64,000 nucleotides of DNA from a virus (Duplodnaviria; Caudoviricetes), in IMG/VR virus record IMGVR_UViG_3300042924_005664, positions 1,290-65,289 of that record. One strand, 5' to 3'. The translations under genes were made by a program, and so were the position numbers. Below, one piece after another: positions 46,241 through 55,752 of the stretch (position 1 is the first letter of the stretch; the number at the start of each line of letters is the position of its first letter). The notes beneath the pieces are model-generated. The model made no database searches. It was not told the origin of the DNA and saw nothing but the letters and a program-made list of their open reading frames with translations.

Positions 46241-47518
46241 ATGTCAAACGATACAGAAAACGACAACGTAGTACCAGAATCCAACGCCATTAACGGCATG
46301 CTTGGAGCACCATCACTCGATGCTGATCCCATCGAGGAGTCAACATCCGATCTCCTAGACTCTCTGCTCGATAGCGCGGAGGGAATTAGTAACGAGACTT
46401 CTCCTGAAATTCCTGAAATTCCTGAAAGTGTTGAGGAAGATCTTGCCTTGGAAGAGGTTGCTCCAGTTCCCGTTGAGGAAGTCGTTCCTGAAGCAGCTCC
46501 AGAGCCGATCGCTGCTCCCGAAGTAGACATTGACCCTGAGATCTCTTCAATCCCGCAGCCCCGTAATCTTTCCGAGGCCAACCAAAACAACTGGAAGAAG
46601 CTGCAGGAGACCGCGACGAACTACAAGAAGCAGGCGGCGGAGGCCGAATATCTGCGTCAAAAAGTTCAAGAGCTTGAGCAGCGCCCAAGCCAGACGCCTC
46701 CCGACTACGACGAGCTCAAGAAGTTCCGCGCTATCTTCGATACCGAGAACGATCCCGAGTTCAAGAGCAAGTACGACGTGCCCATCGCTACCGCGAAGGA
46801 AAACATCTACAACATCCTAAAGAAGAATGGCGCAAGCGAAGACGTCATCAACTCCATCGAGTCCGCTGGTGGCCCCGACAAGATCAGTCAGGAGTGGTGG
46901 AAGAGCCAAGCCATCGACAAGCTGCCCATGATCGACGCGGAGCGCCTGAAGAAGGATCTCTTCAACGTCATCGACCTCAAGGAGGGACGCACCAAGGAGA
47001 TCGGAGATACCGCCGAGAAGCGCGACGAGTTCCTTCAGTCCAGACAGACCGAGCTTGTTGAGAACTTCAAGAAGCAGAACGAAGAGATCTACAGCCACAC
47101 CGACGAGATCACCAAGGAGATTCCATGGGCTCGTTACAAGGAGATCAATCCGAACGATCCTCCCGAGGTTCAGGCCGAGATCGAGAATCACAACGCAAAG
47201 GTTCAAGATCTCTCGAACAAGTTTGAAGCCGCTCTATGGCCCAAGACCCCGCAGGAACGCGCCGATGTCGCCGCTGCTGCCTCTGGGTTCCATGTCGTTG
47301 TTGGACAACTTCGCTACGAGCAGGAGACCAAGCAGGCGATGCAGGCCAAACTTGAAGCGATGACAAAGGAGCTTACCGCGCTGAAAAACGCGGGAAGGAT
47401 GCCCAAGGCTAATCCTACTCCAGCAAATGCCAAAACAAGTACAAACGTCCAAGACCGCATCAAAATGAATGCGTCCGACGCAATTGATCTTGGCCTCGAT
47501 GAGGCTAGTGGCTTCTAA
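46241..47518 (+). CDS. Capsid scaffolding protein
   Basis: Acidic Pro/Glu N-terminus, coiled coils, position. Confidence 0.7.
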   Translation: MSNDTENDNVVPESNAINGMLGAPSLDADPIEESTSDLLDSLLDSAEGISNETSPEIPEIPESVEEDLALEEVAPVPVEEVVPEAAPEPIAAPEVDIDPEISSIPQPRNLSEANQNNWKKLQETATNYKKQAAEAEYLRQKVQELEQRPSQTPPDYDELKKFRAIFDTENDPEFKSKYDVPIATAKENIYNILKKNGASEDVINSIESAGGPDKISQEWWKSQAIDKLPMIDAERLKKDLFNVIDLKEGRTKEIGDTAEKRDEFLQSRQTELVENFKKQNEEIYSHTDEITKEIPWARYKEINPNDPPEVQAEIENHNAKVQDLSNKFEAALWPKTPQERADVAAAASGFHVVVGQLRYEQETKQAMQAKLEAMTKELTALKNAGRMPKANPTPANAKTSTNVQDRIKMNASDAIDLGLDEASGF

Positions 47519-47523
47519 AGTAT

Positions 47524-48534
47524 ATGCCTGATCCCATCATCACTCCCCTAGTAAACGTAACTGCTAGGGCACTGGAGTCGTTCAACCCCATGGGCGGAAC
47601 GATCGTAGATCAACCTCTGTCAGCTCAGAGGCTTAAACTCTCCCCGAAGGCCGAGGCTCCTGAAGACGTTGAAGAGGAAACGCCAATTGAAGTCGAAGAA
47701 GACGACTTCGAGTTTGATTCGATCGAACCGATTGTTGAGAAGGCACCTGAACCAGAGGTTGTTGTGGTGGAGAAGAAGAAACCCACCAAGAAGGCTAAGA
47801 ATCCTATCATCGAGACGCGCTCCAAGGAGGGACTGCCCTCGTACCGCTGCGAGTTTGAAGGCAGGGATATTTTTGTGGGTTTCCCATGCTACAAGACAAC
47901 CAATCCAGTTACCTGTTTTTCTCTCATCGCAATGGCGCTGGATTTTGGCCGTGACAAAATTCGTTTTGATATGGCGATCGGCGATAGCAAGATCGAACAC
48001 GCACGCAATCGACTGGCTCACAAGTTTCTGGAAACTGACGCCAAGTGGATGTTGATGATCGACGACGACATCATTCCATGTATCGGAAGACCCGAATGGT
48101 CAAAGTACTGGGTTCAGAATCTCAGAAATGTTCCTGAACTGCCCTTAAAACGTCACGTTCTTCACAGGCTAATGGGTGCTGGTAAAACCCTAGTGGGAGC
48201 TTCGTACTTCGGAAGGCAGGAAGGGGGAGCACTTATGGCTAGCGATCAGTCACTTGTCCCTCGCGCACGTGCGTACGAAGACGCTGTAGTTGAGGTGGAT
48301 TGGGTAGCTACAGGCTGCATGCTAGTCCACCGAAAGGTATTTGAAGACATTCGTGAAAAGTTCGGCGACGAGCTGAAGATCGAAGTTCCAGACTACGACT
48401 ACGATTACTTTCGTCCGTTTGATAGCGCACACGGCGAGGACGTTTCGTTCTGCAAACGTGCGAAGCAAGCGGGACATCAACCCCACTTGGACTTGGGTCT
48501 CCCAGTATCACACTTGGGGTACAAGACGTATTAA
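47524..48534 (+). CDS. GT2-like glycosyltransferase with acidic N-terminal extension
   Basis: ARNRLA..FL, WMLMIDDD, VATGCMLV, GEDVSFC, HLG. Confidence 0.85.
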   Translation: MPDPIITPLVNVTARALESFNPMGGTIVDQPLSAQRLKLSPKAEAPEDVEEETPIEVEEDDFEFDSIEPIVEKAPEPEVVVVEKKKPTKKAKNPIIETRSKEGLPSYRCEFEGRDIFVGFPCYKTTNPVTCFSLIAMALDFGRDKIRFDMAIGDSKIEHARNRLAHKFLETDAKWMLMIDDDIIPCIGRPEWSKYWVQNLRNVPELPLKRHVLHRLMGAGKTLVGASYFGRQEGGALMASDQSLVPRARAYEDAVVEVDWVATGCMLVHRKVFEDIREKFGDELKIEVPDYDYDYFRPFDSAHGEDVSFCKRAKQAGHQPHLDLGLPVSHLGYKTY

Positions 48535-48535
48535 G

Positions 48536-49099
48536 ATGAAAAAGAAGATCTACGCTTACTACGAGTCGATTCCTTCCATACGTCAGGAGGAAGAGTTCGC
48601 CTGCTCCAATCTCTGGAAAGGATCTTGGGAGAGTAATGGATGGGAATGCAACATGCTGAACAAGACGCACGCCGCAGTCAGTCCGCTATTCAGGTCTTTG
48701 ATGGGTAGATTTTTAAAGTACGAAGGAATAGCTCCATCCGCCATGGCTAGGTTTTCTAGGTGGTGCGCCCTGCAAGCTGCAGGAGGCGGCTGGATGAGTG
48801 ACTACGACGTTTTGAATTTAGGATTTACTCCTTCTCTGGCAACGGAGATCGAGTCTGTGCATCCATTGCACATGGTGGCGGGGAAGCGTTCGCATATTTT
48901 TTATGCGACACAGGAGAAGGCCGAGGAGGTGATTGGGAGCTTCATTGCGAAAGAAATTCTTAGCAATGGGGCTCCCATCCCCGAATCGGAGATCGTTGAT
49001 TGCAAAGTGTTTTTTCCAACATTCGATAATTTGTTTCACCCTGAGCGAGATGGAGAGCTAACTCGATCTCAACAAATGGTTCAGAAAATTTCTAACTAG
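48536..49099 (+). CDS. DXD (GT32-like) glycosyltransferase
   Basis: SW...GW, RWCAL...GGGWMSDYDV. Confidence 0.7.
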   Translation: MKKKIYAYYESIPSIRQEEEFACSNLWKGSWESNGWECNMLNKTHAAVSPLFRSLMGRFLKYEGIAPSAMARFSRWCALQAAGGGWMSDYDVLNLGFTPSLATEIESVHPLHMVAGKRSHIFYATQEKAEEVIGSFIAKEILSNGAPIPESEIVDCKVFFPTFDNLFHPERDGELTRSQQMVQKISN

Positions 49100-49114
49100 T
49101 TCCACGTAGAACAA

Positions 49115-49852
49115 ATGGAATCCCCCTTCTCCAGACAGGTAATAGTGCTGCACCAAGGTCATATTGGTGACATCATTGCATTCATACCTATCTACAGAAA
49201 ACTAGGAGCGACTAGGCTTTTAGTTACTGACGCGTCGTGGGGAGTGCCAATGACTGGGTACAAGTACGACTCCTTGAAACCGCTGCTAGATAGCCAAGGG
49301 ATACCATCTGATCTGAACGTCTGCAAATCGAGTATTGATTACGACACGACCAACTGGAGGGAGTGCTACGAGGATCACATCTCTTTGATGGATTCTCAGG
49401 CGAGATACCTGAACTTGGTGGACAGGAAAAATGGGCACATGGAAATTACTGAGCCATGGTTAAAAGTAGAGCCCAACGAAGATTTACGCGGAAAAGTAGT
49501 GATGAATCGCTCTCACAGGTACAGGAACGATAAATTCCCATGGAAGAAAGTCGTGGAGCGATACGGAAATGAGGCGGTATTTGTCGGAACAGACGAAGAG
49601 TACGACGATTTTGTCCAATCTTTCGGCAAAATCACCCGTCACTTGACCAAAGACTGCCTAGAAGTTGCCCAAGCAATCGCCGCGAGCAAGTTGTATGTCG
49701 GGAATCAGTCTAGCGCCTACTGGATCGCAGCAGGATTGCGCGTTCCTTTGCTACAAGAGGTCTACGAAACAGCTCCCAACAGCATCATACGCTATTCTGG
49801 AGCTGTTTATTGCTTCGATGGAAACGTGGACTTTGAATCTTTACCAAAATGA
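49115..49852 (+). CDS. GT9-like (GT-B) glycosyltransferase
   Basis: GHIGDII, FVG...E, AQAIAASKLYVGNQSSAYWIAAGL. Confidence 0.8.
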   Translation: MESPFSRQVIVLHQGHIGDIIAFIPIYRKLGATRLLVTDASWGVPMTGYKYDSLKPLLDSQGIPSDLNVCKSSIDYDTTNWRECYEDHISLMDSQARYLNLVDRKNGHMEITEPWLKVEPNEDLRGKVVMNRSHRYRNDKFPWKKVVERYGNEAVFVGTDEEYDDFVQSFGKITRHLTKDCLEVAQAIAASKLYVGNQSSAYWIAAGLRVPLLQEVYETAPNSIIRYSGAVYCFDGNVDFESLPK

Positions 49853-50433
49853 AAGCGGTAATCGTCGCAGCCGAGAGGCAACACAAGGAAGTTGACAACC
49901 TTGTCAACCACATCAAGCGGCTAGATGGGACTGAAGTACTTGTGATCCCAGCAATTGACGAGACCGAGGAGTACCCAGCTAGGAACAACTACGCGTTTTA
50001 TCAGGCGGGTCAAATTATGAAGGGAGAGGCATTTTTCTGGCTAGAACCAGACTCCACACCCCTTTGTGCTGGATGGCTCGACCGCATTGAAGCTGAGTAC
50101 GCAGTATGTTGTAAGCAATTCATGCTATCTTCAGATAGAAATCCCCCTTTCGATATTGTCGGAGGGATAGGAGTATATGGCCCAAGAACTTTTGAAATAA
50201 TCCCGAAGGATATTGATGGAGATTTGAGGGGACAAGGTTGGGACATGTGGATGCTGCGTAACGCTTTCAATCTAATTCATAAATCTCCCCTGATTCAGCA
50301 TAGCTACGGCAAATATGATAGCAGTGGAAACGCTGCTCCCCATAGGTTTCCACAAGAGAGCGGCATGATTAGAAAAGACGCCGTAATCTTTCACCGAGAC
50401 AAGTACCAAGACCTCATCAACAACAAATCCTAA
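49849..50433 (+). CDS. GT-A-like glycosyltransferase
   Basis: FFWLEPDS.PL..GWLD, GGIGVY, WD, AVIFHRDK. Confidence 0.65.
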   Translation: MKAVIVAAERQHKEVDNLVNHIKRLDGTEVLVIPAIDETEEYPARNNYAFYQAGQIMKGEAFFWLEPDSTPLCAGWLDRIEAEYAVCCKQFMLSSDRNPPFDIVGGIGVYGPRTFEIIPKDIDGDLRGQGWDMWMLRNAFNLIHKSPLIQHSYGKYDSSGNAAPHRFPQESGMIRKDAVIFHRDKYQDLINNKS

Positions 50434-50437
50434 AACT

Positions 50438-51025
50438 ATGTGCCAAGAATCCTCAAAAGCAATGACCCGCAGACTATCGGGAGAAGAAAAGCCTTTCTGG
50501 GAAAAAGTATTTACTGGTAGGGGGATCGACATTGGCGCGGGGGATGACCTGATCGCCGTGGATGGCGTAATTGGTTTCGATGTCGAGGATGGAGACGCCA
50601 ATAGGATTCACGATTACTTCCCCGCTAATTCTTTCGACTACGTCCACGCGTCACAATGCTTGGAGCACATGCACGATCCCGTGCTGGCGTTGAAATCGTG
50701 GATGAGTATCCTGAAGCCGGGTGGCTACGCCGTCGTCACAATCCCCTCTTGGGAGCTGTACGAGGGCATGGTCTGGCCCTCGCGCTACAATCCCGACCAC
50801 AAGAGCACCTTCTCGATGTGGCAGAAAGGATCCCCAGCGCCGAACCACGTTCTATTCCCCGATTGGTTGAAGGACAATTTTAGTGAGCACAAAGTGGAGA
50901 TTTGCCGACTTGTGGATACCAACTACAACTACAAGCTGGGCACGTCCGTTGACCAGACGTTCGATCGGGAAAACGCCGTCGAAGCGTTCATTGAATTTAT
51001 TTTGAAAAAAGATCTTGCGTTGTAA
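50438..51025 (+). CDS. Class I SAM-dependent methyltransferase
   Basis: GIDIGAG, FDYVHASQCLEH, LKPGG. Confidence 0.88.
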   Translation: MCQESSKAMTRRLSGEEKPFWEKVFTGRGIDIGAGDDLIAVDGVIGFDVEDGDANRIHDYFPANSFDYVHASQCLEHMHDPVLALKSWMSILKPGGYAVVTIPSWELYEGMVWPSRYNPDHKSTFSMWQKGSPAPNHVLFPDWLKDNFSEHKVEICRLVDTNYNYKLGTSVDQTFDRENAVEAFIEFILKKDLAL

Positions 51026-51258
51026 TACGCACGCTAGTAAAAACAACTTAACTCGGCGTGCTTCCTCCGTATGGAAGTGACTCGGTAGGGGTCAAAAAAA
51101 TCTACTAATCAGGCCGCAAACAAAAACTTCCAGCGTGCCGGGAAGTGACACAAAACCAAACTTCGTATCGAAAGCGCACGCGCCTTCCGTACAACTCTGT
51201 GGTTGTCACTTCCAAAATTGGACGAGGTGGCTACAGGGAAAACAAAAAACAAAATCCC
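51016..51258 (+). promoter_or_regulatory. Late promoter and structured 5' leader of the capsid gene
   Basis: TTGCGT-N17-TAAAAA; GGAAGTGACA/TGTCACTTCC long-range stem. Confidence 0.55.
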
Positions 51259-52467
51259 ATGGCATCTAATTGCATCGATCTGGCAACAGTCCAGAACTTC
51301 GCGTCCAAGGACACGAATCGTATCATTGGTCAAATCGCAAAGGTTCTTGCCCGCAAGAGCCCCTACATCAACTCCATCGATGGTGGAACTCTCCCCAACG
51401 TCTCCGACGTTGTGCGTTCCGTTGTTGAGGAAATGGCCGTTCCCGCTTCTTCGCTGGCGTCCCCGACCTTCACCGCAGACATCAACCTCTGTGGTATCGG
51501 CGCGACTCCCGACCGCGTAGGTTCGACCGAGTATCAGTTCCAGCTCGCCACTCTTCGTGGTGCTGGCCCACGCGTCTGCGTCAAGCAAGCCCGTACCGCC
51601 TTCAAGGGTTCCTACCTTCAGGCTCAGGTCTCGCTTGAGAAGACGATCCTCCAGCTCATCAACGCTGATATCCGCTATCAGTTCCTGATCCAGTCTGGCA
51701 TCAAGTACACCTGCTCCAGCGTTAACACCTTTAACTCAAACTTGACTGGTGACATGCAGCAGATCAACACCCAGTTCTCGACCAACGTCGTTGACAGCCC
51801 GCTGAACTTCAAGACCCTCTACAAGATCGGTAGCTTCCTCCGCGAGGAGATGCTTGCCGAGCCCTTCGCATCGAAGGACGGGGAGTTCTTCCAAGTTCTT
51901 CTTGGTGCAGACGCCATCGAGAACATCCGCAACGACGCCGACGTGAAAGAGGATCTCCTCTATCTCACCGCTGGTTCGTTCAAGCTCGGTGAGGAGTCCA
52001 TCTCTGGTTACCAGTTCATGGGCTATCGTGGGTTCGCCTTCGGCATCGATCAGCAGCCCTTGCGCAGCACGGGTCTCGGTGAAGACGGCAACCTCGTCCT
52101 CGTCAATCCTATCATCGCTCAGGCCGTCACCAATGGTTTCGGACAGCGCCGTAACCCATCTTGGGTGAACGCTCCTTACGAGGTCGGATTCGTCATCGCA
52201 GGTGAGAGCTTCAAGCGTCTCGTTCCCGAGCAGTACGTGGGTGAGGGCACCTTCCGCTTCGCTCCCCAGCTTAGCATGGGCGAGCTCGAGTGGACGTACT
52301 TCCGCGACAACGATTGCAACCTGTATGGTGACTTCGGTCAGCATATCTATCAAATCCAGCGTGCGATCCAGCCGATCCGCCCACAGAACGTGTGCGCGAT
52401 CCTGTTCAAGCGCTGCCCGTTTGATGGTCAGGCTCTGCCTTGCTCGACCTCCACGACTGGTCTCTAA
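51259..52467 (+). CDS. Major capsid protein
   Basis: 402 aa, very strong C-ending codon bias, long leader, 3' hairpin, follows scaffold module. Confidence 0.8.
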   Translation: MASNCIDLATVQNFASKDTNRIIGQIAKVLARKSPYINSIDGGTLPNVSDVVRSVVEEMAVPASSLASPTFTADINLCGIGATPDRVGSTEYQFQLATLRGAGPRVCVKQARTAFKGSYLQAQVSLEKTILQLINADIRYQFLIQSGIKYTCSSVNTFNSNLTGDMQQINTQFSTNVVDSPLNFKTLYKIGSFLREEMLAEPFASKDGEFFQVLLGADAIENIRNDADVKEDLLYLTAGSFKLGEESISGYQFMGYRGFAFGIDQQPLRSTGLGEDGNLVLVNPIIAQAVTNGFGQRRNPSWVNAPYEVGFVIAGESFKRLVPEQYVGEGTFRFAPQLSMGELEWTYFRDNDCNLYGDFGQHIYQIQRAIQPIRPQNVCAILFKRCPFDGQALPCSTSTTGL

Positions 52468-52483
52468 GAGGTAGTTTAACACG

Positions 52484-52517
52484 GGTGGGAGTTTAGGAAA
52501 TATCCTAGACTCCCATC
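52484..52517 (+). terminator. Hairpin after capsid gene
   Basis: GGTGGGAGTTTAGGA-aata-TCCTAGACTCCCATC; no U tract. Confidence 0.6.
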
Positions 52518-52541
52518 TAGTTAGCCTATATCAATATTACC

Positions 52542-52802
52542 ATGTCCAACATTCCCTCAATCCTCGATGACGCTAGATTTAGGCGTCTTGTTCTTGAAAG
52601 CCTGAACTCAGTAACTTCTAGCACGACTAGCTTAGTTGGGTTCAACATCCCACCATACAACGATGTGGTGATGCTCTATCAGAACGCCTCATTCCCAACC
52701 AAGCCAACCTTCATCACGTTCAAGCAGGATGGAACAATTGTTTACGAGGTCACATTGACTTATGATGCCAATGGTGCGTTGACTCGTGTTTACGAGTCCT
52801 AA
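52542..52802 (+). CDS. Small structural protein, paralog of 21098..21394
   Basis: FNIPPY...ITFKQDGTIV..VTLTYD.NG. Confidence 0.65.
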   Translation: MSNIPSILDDARFRRLVLESLNSVTSSTTSLVGFNIPPYNDVVMLYQNASFPTKPTFITFKQDGTIVYEVTLTYDANGALTRVYES

Positions 52803-52815
52803 TCTGCTTTAGCGA

Positions 52816-53724
52816 ATGGCTAATCTTTACTACAACGCCGCAGTAGATACGGCATGGGACACACTAGGCAACTGGTGGAATGATGACATATTTACTGACC
52901 CTGCGTTAGCCCTCCCTACTACTGGGGATACTGTGTATCTCTATGGCTATATGACTAGCGGCCCAACAACGCCAGTCACCCTTAATCACATCTATGCCTA
53001 TACTCTTAGCTACGGAGGGCTGTTAAGTTTTACGGGAGCAATTGGTAACGCAACTTTTCAAGATAGCCAAAACTCTGGCACAGTCACGGGAGATGCCACA
53101 TTTAACGGCTCTAGCTACAACTTCGGCACAGTAACAGGCAACGCCACGTTTAACGATACTAGCATAAACTACAGCGGCGCAGAAGTAGAAGGCAACGCCA
53201 CGTTTAATGGCACTAGCTACAATAATGGGGAAGTCACAGGAGATGCCACATTTAACGACTCTAGCTACCACGACATCTTTGGCGAAGTCGGAGGAGAGGC
53301 CACGTTTAACGACTATAGCTACAATGGGGGCATTATAGGCTACTTCAACGGAATGCCGACTGGACTCCCTGTGACTTTTAACGACATTAGCTACAACAAT
53401 TCGGTAGTCGTTGGAACCGCCACATTTAACGATGTTAGCTATAACGCCATTGGTGCGTCTGTCAATGGTGCCACGTTTAACGACTCTAGCTACAACGGAG
53501 GCTCAGTCTCAGGAGATGCCACATTTAACGATACTAGCTTTGCCCAAAGCGGAGGATCAGTCGGAGGAGAGGCCACGTTTGATTTAACTGCCGCCGCTAC
53601 GCAAATTATTGGGGGGTATGATGTATCTTTTAATGGAGGTGTTGTCGTCAGCGGGGGAAGTGGTGGCGGCTCAGACAACACTATTGCCAGACTGCTAGAC
53701 CTTCCTTGGTTCATTAATCTCTAA
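52816..53724 (+). CDS. Beta-solenoid fibre/adhesin
   Basis: About 11 G(D/N/E)ATFNDxSYN repeats; W...GNWW...PTTGDTV start. Confidence 0.75.
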   Translation: MANLYYNAAVDTAWDTLGNWWNDDIFTDPALALPTTGDTVYLYGYMTSGPTTPVTLNHIYAYTLSYGGLLSFTGAIGNATFQDSQNSGTVTGDATFNGSSYNFGTVTGNATFNDTSINYSGAEVEGNATFNGTSYNNGEVTGDATFNDSSYHDIFGEVGGEATFNDYSYNGGIIGYFNGMPTGLPVTFNDISYNNSVVVGTATFNDVSYNAIGASVNGATFNDSSYNGGSVSGDATFNDTSFAQSGGSVGGEATFDLTAAATQIIGGYDVSFNGGVVVSGGSGGGSDNTIARLLDLPWFINL

Positions 53725-53735
53725 CCCCAACACCT

Positions 53736-54041
53736 ATGTCCATTAAACTCAAATCCCCCATCACGATCAACGTCCCTTCCATCAAGAAATCGGATGGAAC
53801 TACTAAGGAGTTTGCTCCTGTTGTTCTCAACGAAATCGACTTGATCGTTTCCTATGACAATAGCCGCAAGTTTGCTTCCGCAATCATCAAGGGAGTTAAC
53901 CGCAACATCACTCTCTGGAGTGGCGATGATTACGACAAGGCTGGTCAGTTTACGGATAAAGACGTAGACGCTCGCGTGAACGAGATCCTTGGCAAAGATC
54001 CTGTCAAGTCAATTGAGGCTCTATTCCAGCCTAAGAAATAA
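53736..54041 (+). CDS. Hypothetical protein (possible fibre chaperone)
   Basis: LWSGDDYDKAGQFTDKDVDARV motif. Confidence 0.65.
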   Translation: MSIKLKSPITINVPSIKKSDGTTKEFAPVVLNEIDLIVSYDNSRKFASAIIKGVNRNITLWSGDDYDKAGQFTDKDVDARVNEILGKDPVKSIEALFQPKK

Positions 54042-54220
54042 TGAGCAACGGCGGAACAACTTCAGACGTAGGGCCGACTAGCGCAATCGTCTCGCTTGTT
54101 TCGCTTGTGGTATCTTTCTTCGACTCAACCCATGTGTGGTTGCAAAACACCACCCTGCTTGTTTCCTTGCTGGCTGGTTGCCTAGCAATTGTTGCAGGAA
54201 TCAAGAAGCTAATCAAATGA
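54041..54220 (+). CDS. Small 2-TM holin/antiholin-like protein
   Basis: 59 aa, two hydrophobic segments, basic tail; coupled at both ends. Confidence 0.65.
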   Translation: MSNGGTTSDVGPTSAIVSLVSLVVSFFDSTHVWLQNTTLLVSLLAGCLAIVAGIKKLIK

Positions 54221-54585
54221 ACAAAATCCTTATTGTTTGTGCGTCAGCACTTCTTATTGGATGTGCATCAGAGGAGCCTGTAAAGTACACTCCTCCTTCC
54301 GTTGTTGCGGTTAAGTCTGGTATTGAACGGCTCAAGCCGCACGTTACAAACACCGCAGGAAATGCGGCGATTAAAGAGCTAATCACCGCAGTCGATACCT
54401 ACGAAGCTCAAGTTGACCAGCAAGCAAGGGATCTGGCCAAGGCTCAAAACGATGCTTCATACTGGCACGCAAAACAAATCAAGGCACTTAAAGAGTTGTG
54501 GACTTGGCGAATTATTACAATTTCTGGCATTTTGTGTGTAGTGGTTTATGTGGGGATTAAAACTGCTTGGAAGTTTCGTCCATGA
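54217..54585 (+). CDS. Lipoprotein with C-terminal TM (unimolecular spanin architecture)
   Basis: Lipobox LLIG-C; C-terminal IITISGILCVVVYVGI; within lysis cassette. Confidence 0.7.
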   Translation: MNKILIVCASALLIGCASEEPVKYTPPSVVAVKSGIERLKPHVTNTAGNAAIKELITAVDTYEAQVDQQARDLAKAQNDASYWHAKQIKALKELWTWRIITISGILCVVVYVGIKTAWKFRP

Positions 54586-54905
54586 TTCCCAAACTTGTAT
54601 CACAAAGGCTGGTTGTCTCGTTGATTGGGATTGCTTTGATTCAAGCATCTTGGAGGTGGGCGGTAGAACATCTATACACGCTTCCTGAAATAGCGCTAGC
54701 AGGGTTTGTCACCATTACCACGAACACCCTTTATGTTACGGGTGCCATTGTAATTTTTCTTGTGACTGGTCGTATGGTTTACGATTGGAAGATGGGAACT
54801 AGCCAAGTTCAGGAAGTGGTTTCTAGTGTTGCTAGAGTCAAGCAAGACATTTCAGAAAAGATTACTCACAACGCCAAGGAGAACGACTATGAAACCTCCA
54901 TCTAA
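54582..54905 (+). CDS. Holin-like 2-TM protein
   Basis: Two hydrophobic segments; precedes endolysin. Confidence 0.65.
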   Translation: MIPKLVSQRLVVSLIGIALIQASWRWAVEHLYTLPEIALAGFVTITTNTLYVTGAIVIFLVTGRMVYDWKMGTSQVQEVVSSVARVKQDISEKITHNAKENDYETSI

Positions 54906-55500
54906 GCGGACTATAGACCTGATATTTGAGTACGAAGTCGGGGGCGGGGAGCAATACTACAACAAGTTCTTGAAGCGTTTCACGTGGCCGGGTGGAGCCT
55001 CTGGCCCAACTATTGGAATCGGAGTTGACTGCGCTTACTACACCCCCAAAGAACTAGCGAACTTGTTTTCGTTCCTTCAATTCCAACAGAGGAAACTCGT
55101 TGAAGATGCTAGTGGGAAAATGGGAGTTGCTGGAAAGGAATACACCAAAGTCCTACGCAAAGCAGGAATAGAAATGTCGTGGGAAGAGGCGCAGAAGATA
55201 TTCATGACTACTACGTGGCAGAAATTTGCTGCCCTGACTGACAGGACGTTTCCGCAGGCGGATCGACTTTGTGACTCAGCCTACGGAGCACTCGTATCGC
55301 TAGTATTTAACCGAGGAGGAAGTCTTTCTGGAAACTCAAGATCAGAAATGAGAGCTATTCGAGAACTCGTTCCAACGAAAAACTACAACGCAATTGCCAA
55401 AGAAATCCGACTTATGAAAAGGATCTGGAAAGGCAAGAATATGGAAGGATTGCTACGCAGGCGGGACGCAGAAGCTGATCTCGTCGCTTCGTGCGCTTAA
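54889..55500 (+). CDS. Endolysin (lysozyme/pesticin-like muramidase)
   Basis: EYEVGG, WPGGASGPTIGIGVD, ALVSLVFNRG, GLLRRRDAEA. Confidence 0.88.
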   Translation: MKPPSKRTIDLIFEYEVGGGEQYYNKFLKRFTWPGGASGPTIGIGVDCAYYTPKELANLFSFLQFQQRKLVEDASGKMGVAGKEYTKVLRKAGIEMSWEEAQKIFMTTTWQKFAALTDRTFPQADRLCDSAYGALVSLVFNRGGSLSGNSRSEMRAIRELVPTKNYNAIAKEIRLMKRIWKGKNMEGLLRRRDAEADLVASCA

Positions 55501-55512
55501 AATCAAATTACC

Positions 55513-55752
55513 ATGTCAAATAACTTTACTAAAAAAGTAGAAGTGATCAACAAGGCGATTACTTTCATTACAGAATTTTTAGACTCAGCAAATGTCTGTG
55601 TGTTTGTGAATTGGGTCGAGGACGGGGAGACACTCCGAGCTGAAGTGCTGCATGGAAATCAATTTGCCCTGAAAGGTCACATCGAAAAATGGGCGTGCGA
55701 AAACCTAGATGAAGTAAAAGATGGCTACCAAGAAGACCACCAAGACAACTAG
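55513..55752 (+). CDS. Hypothetical protein
   Basis: 79 aa ORF. Confidence 0.55.
   Translation: MSNNFTKKVEVINKAITFITEFLDSANVCVFVNWVEDGETLRAEVLHGNQFALKGHIEKWACENLDEVKDGYQEDHQDN

Noticed and set aside
51145-51258. N-terminal extension of capsid from GTG 51145
   Set aside because: Codon bias begins at ATG 51259, which has an A-rich leader
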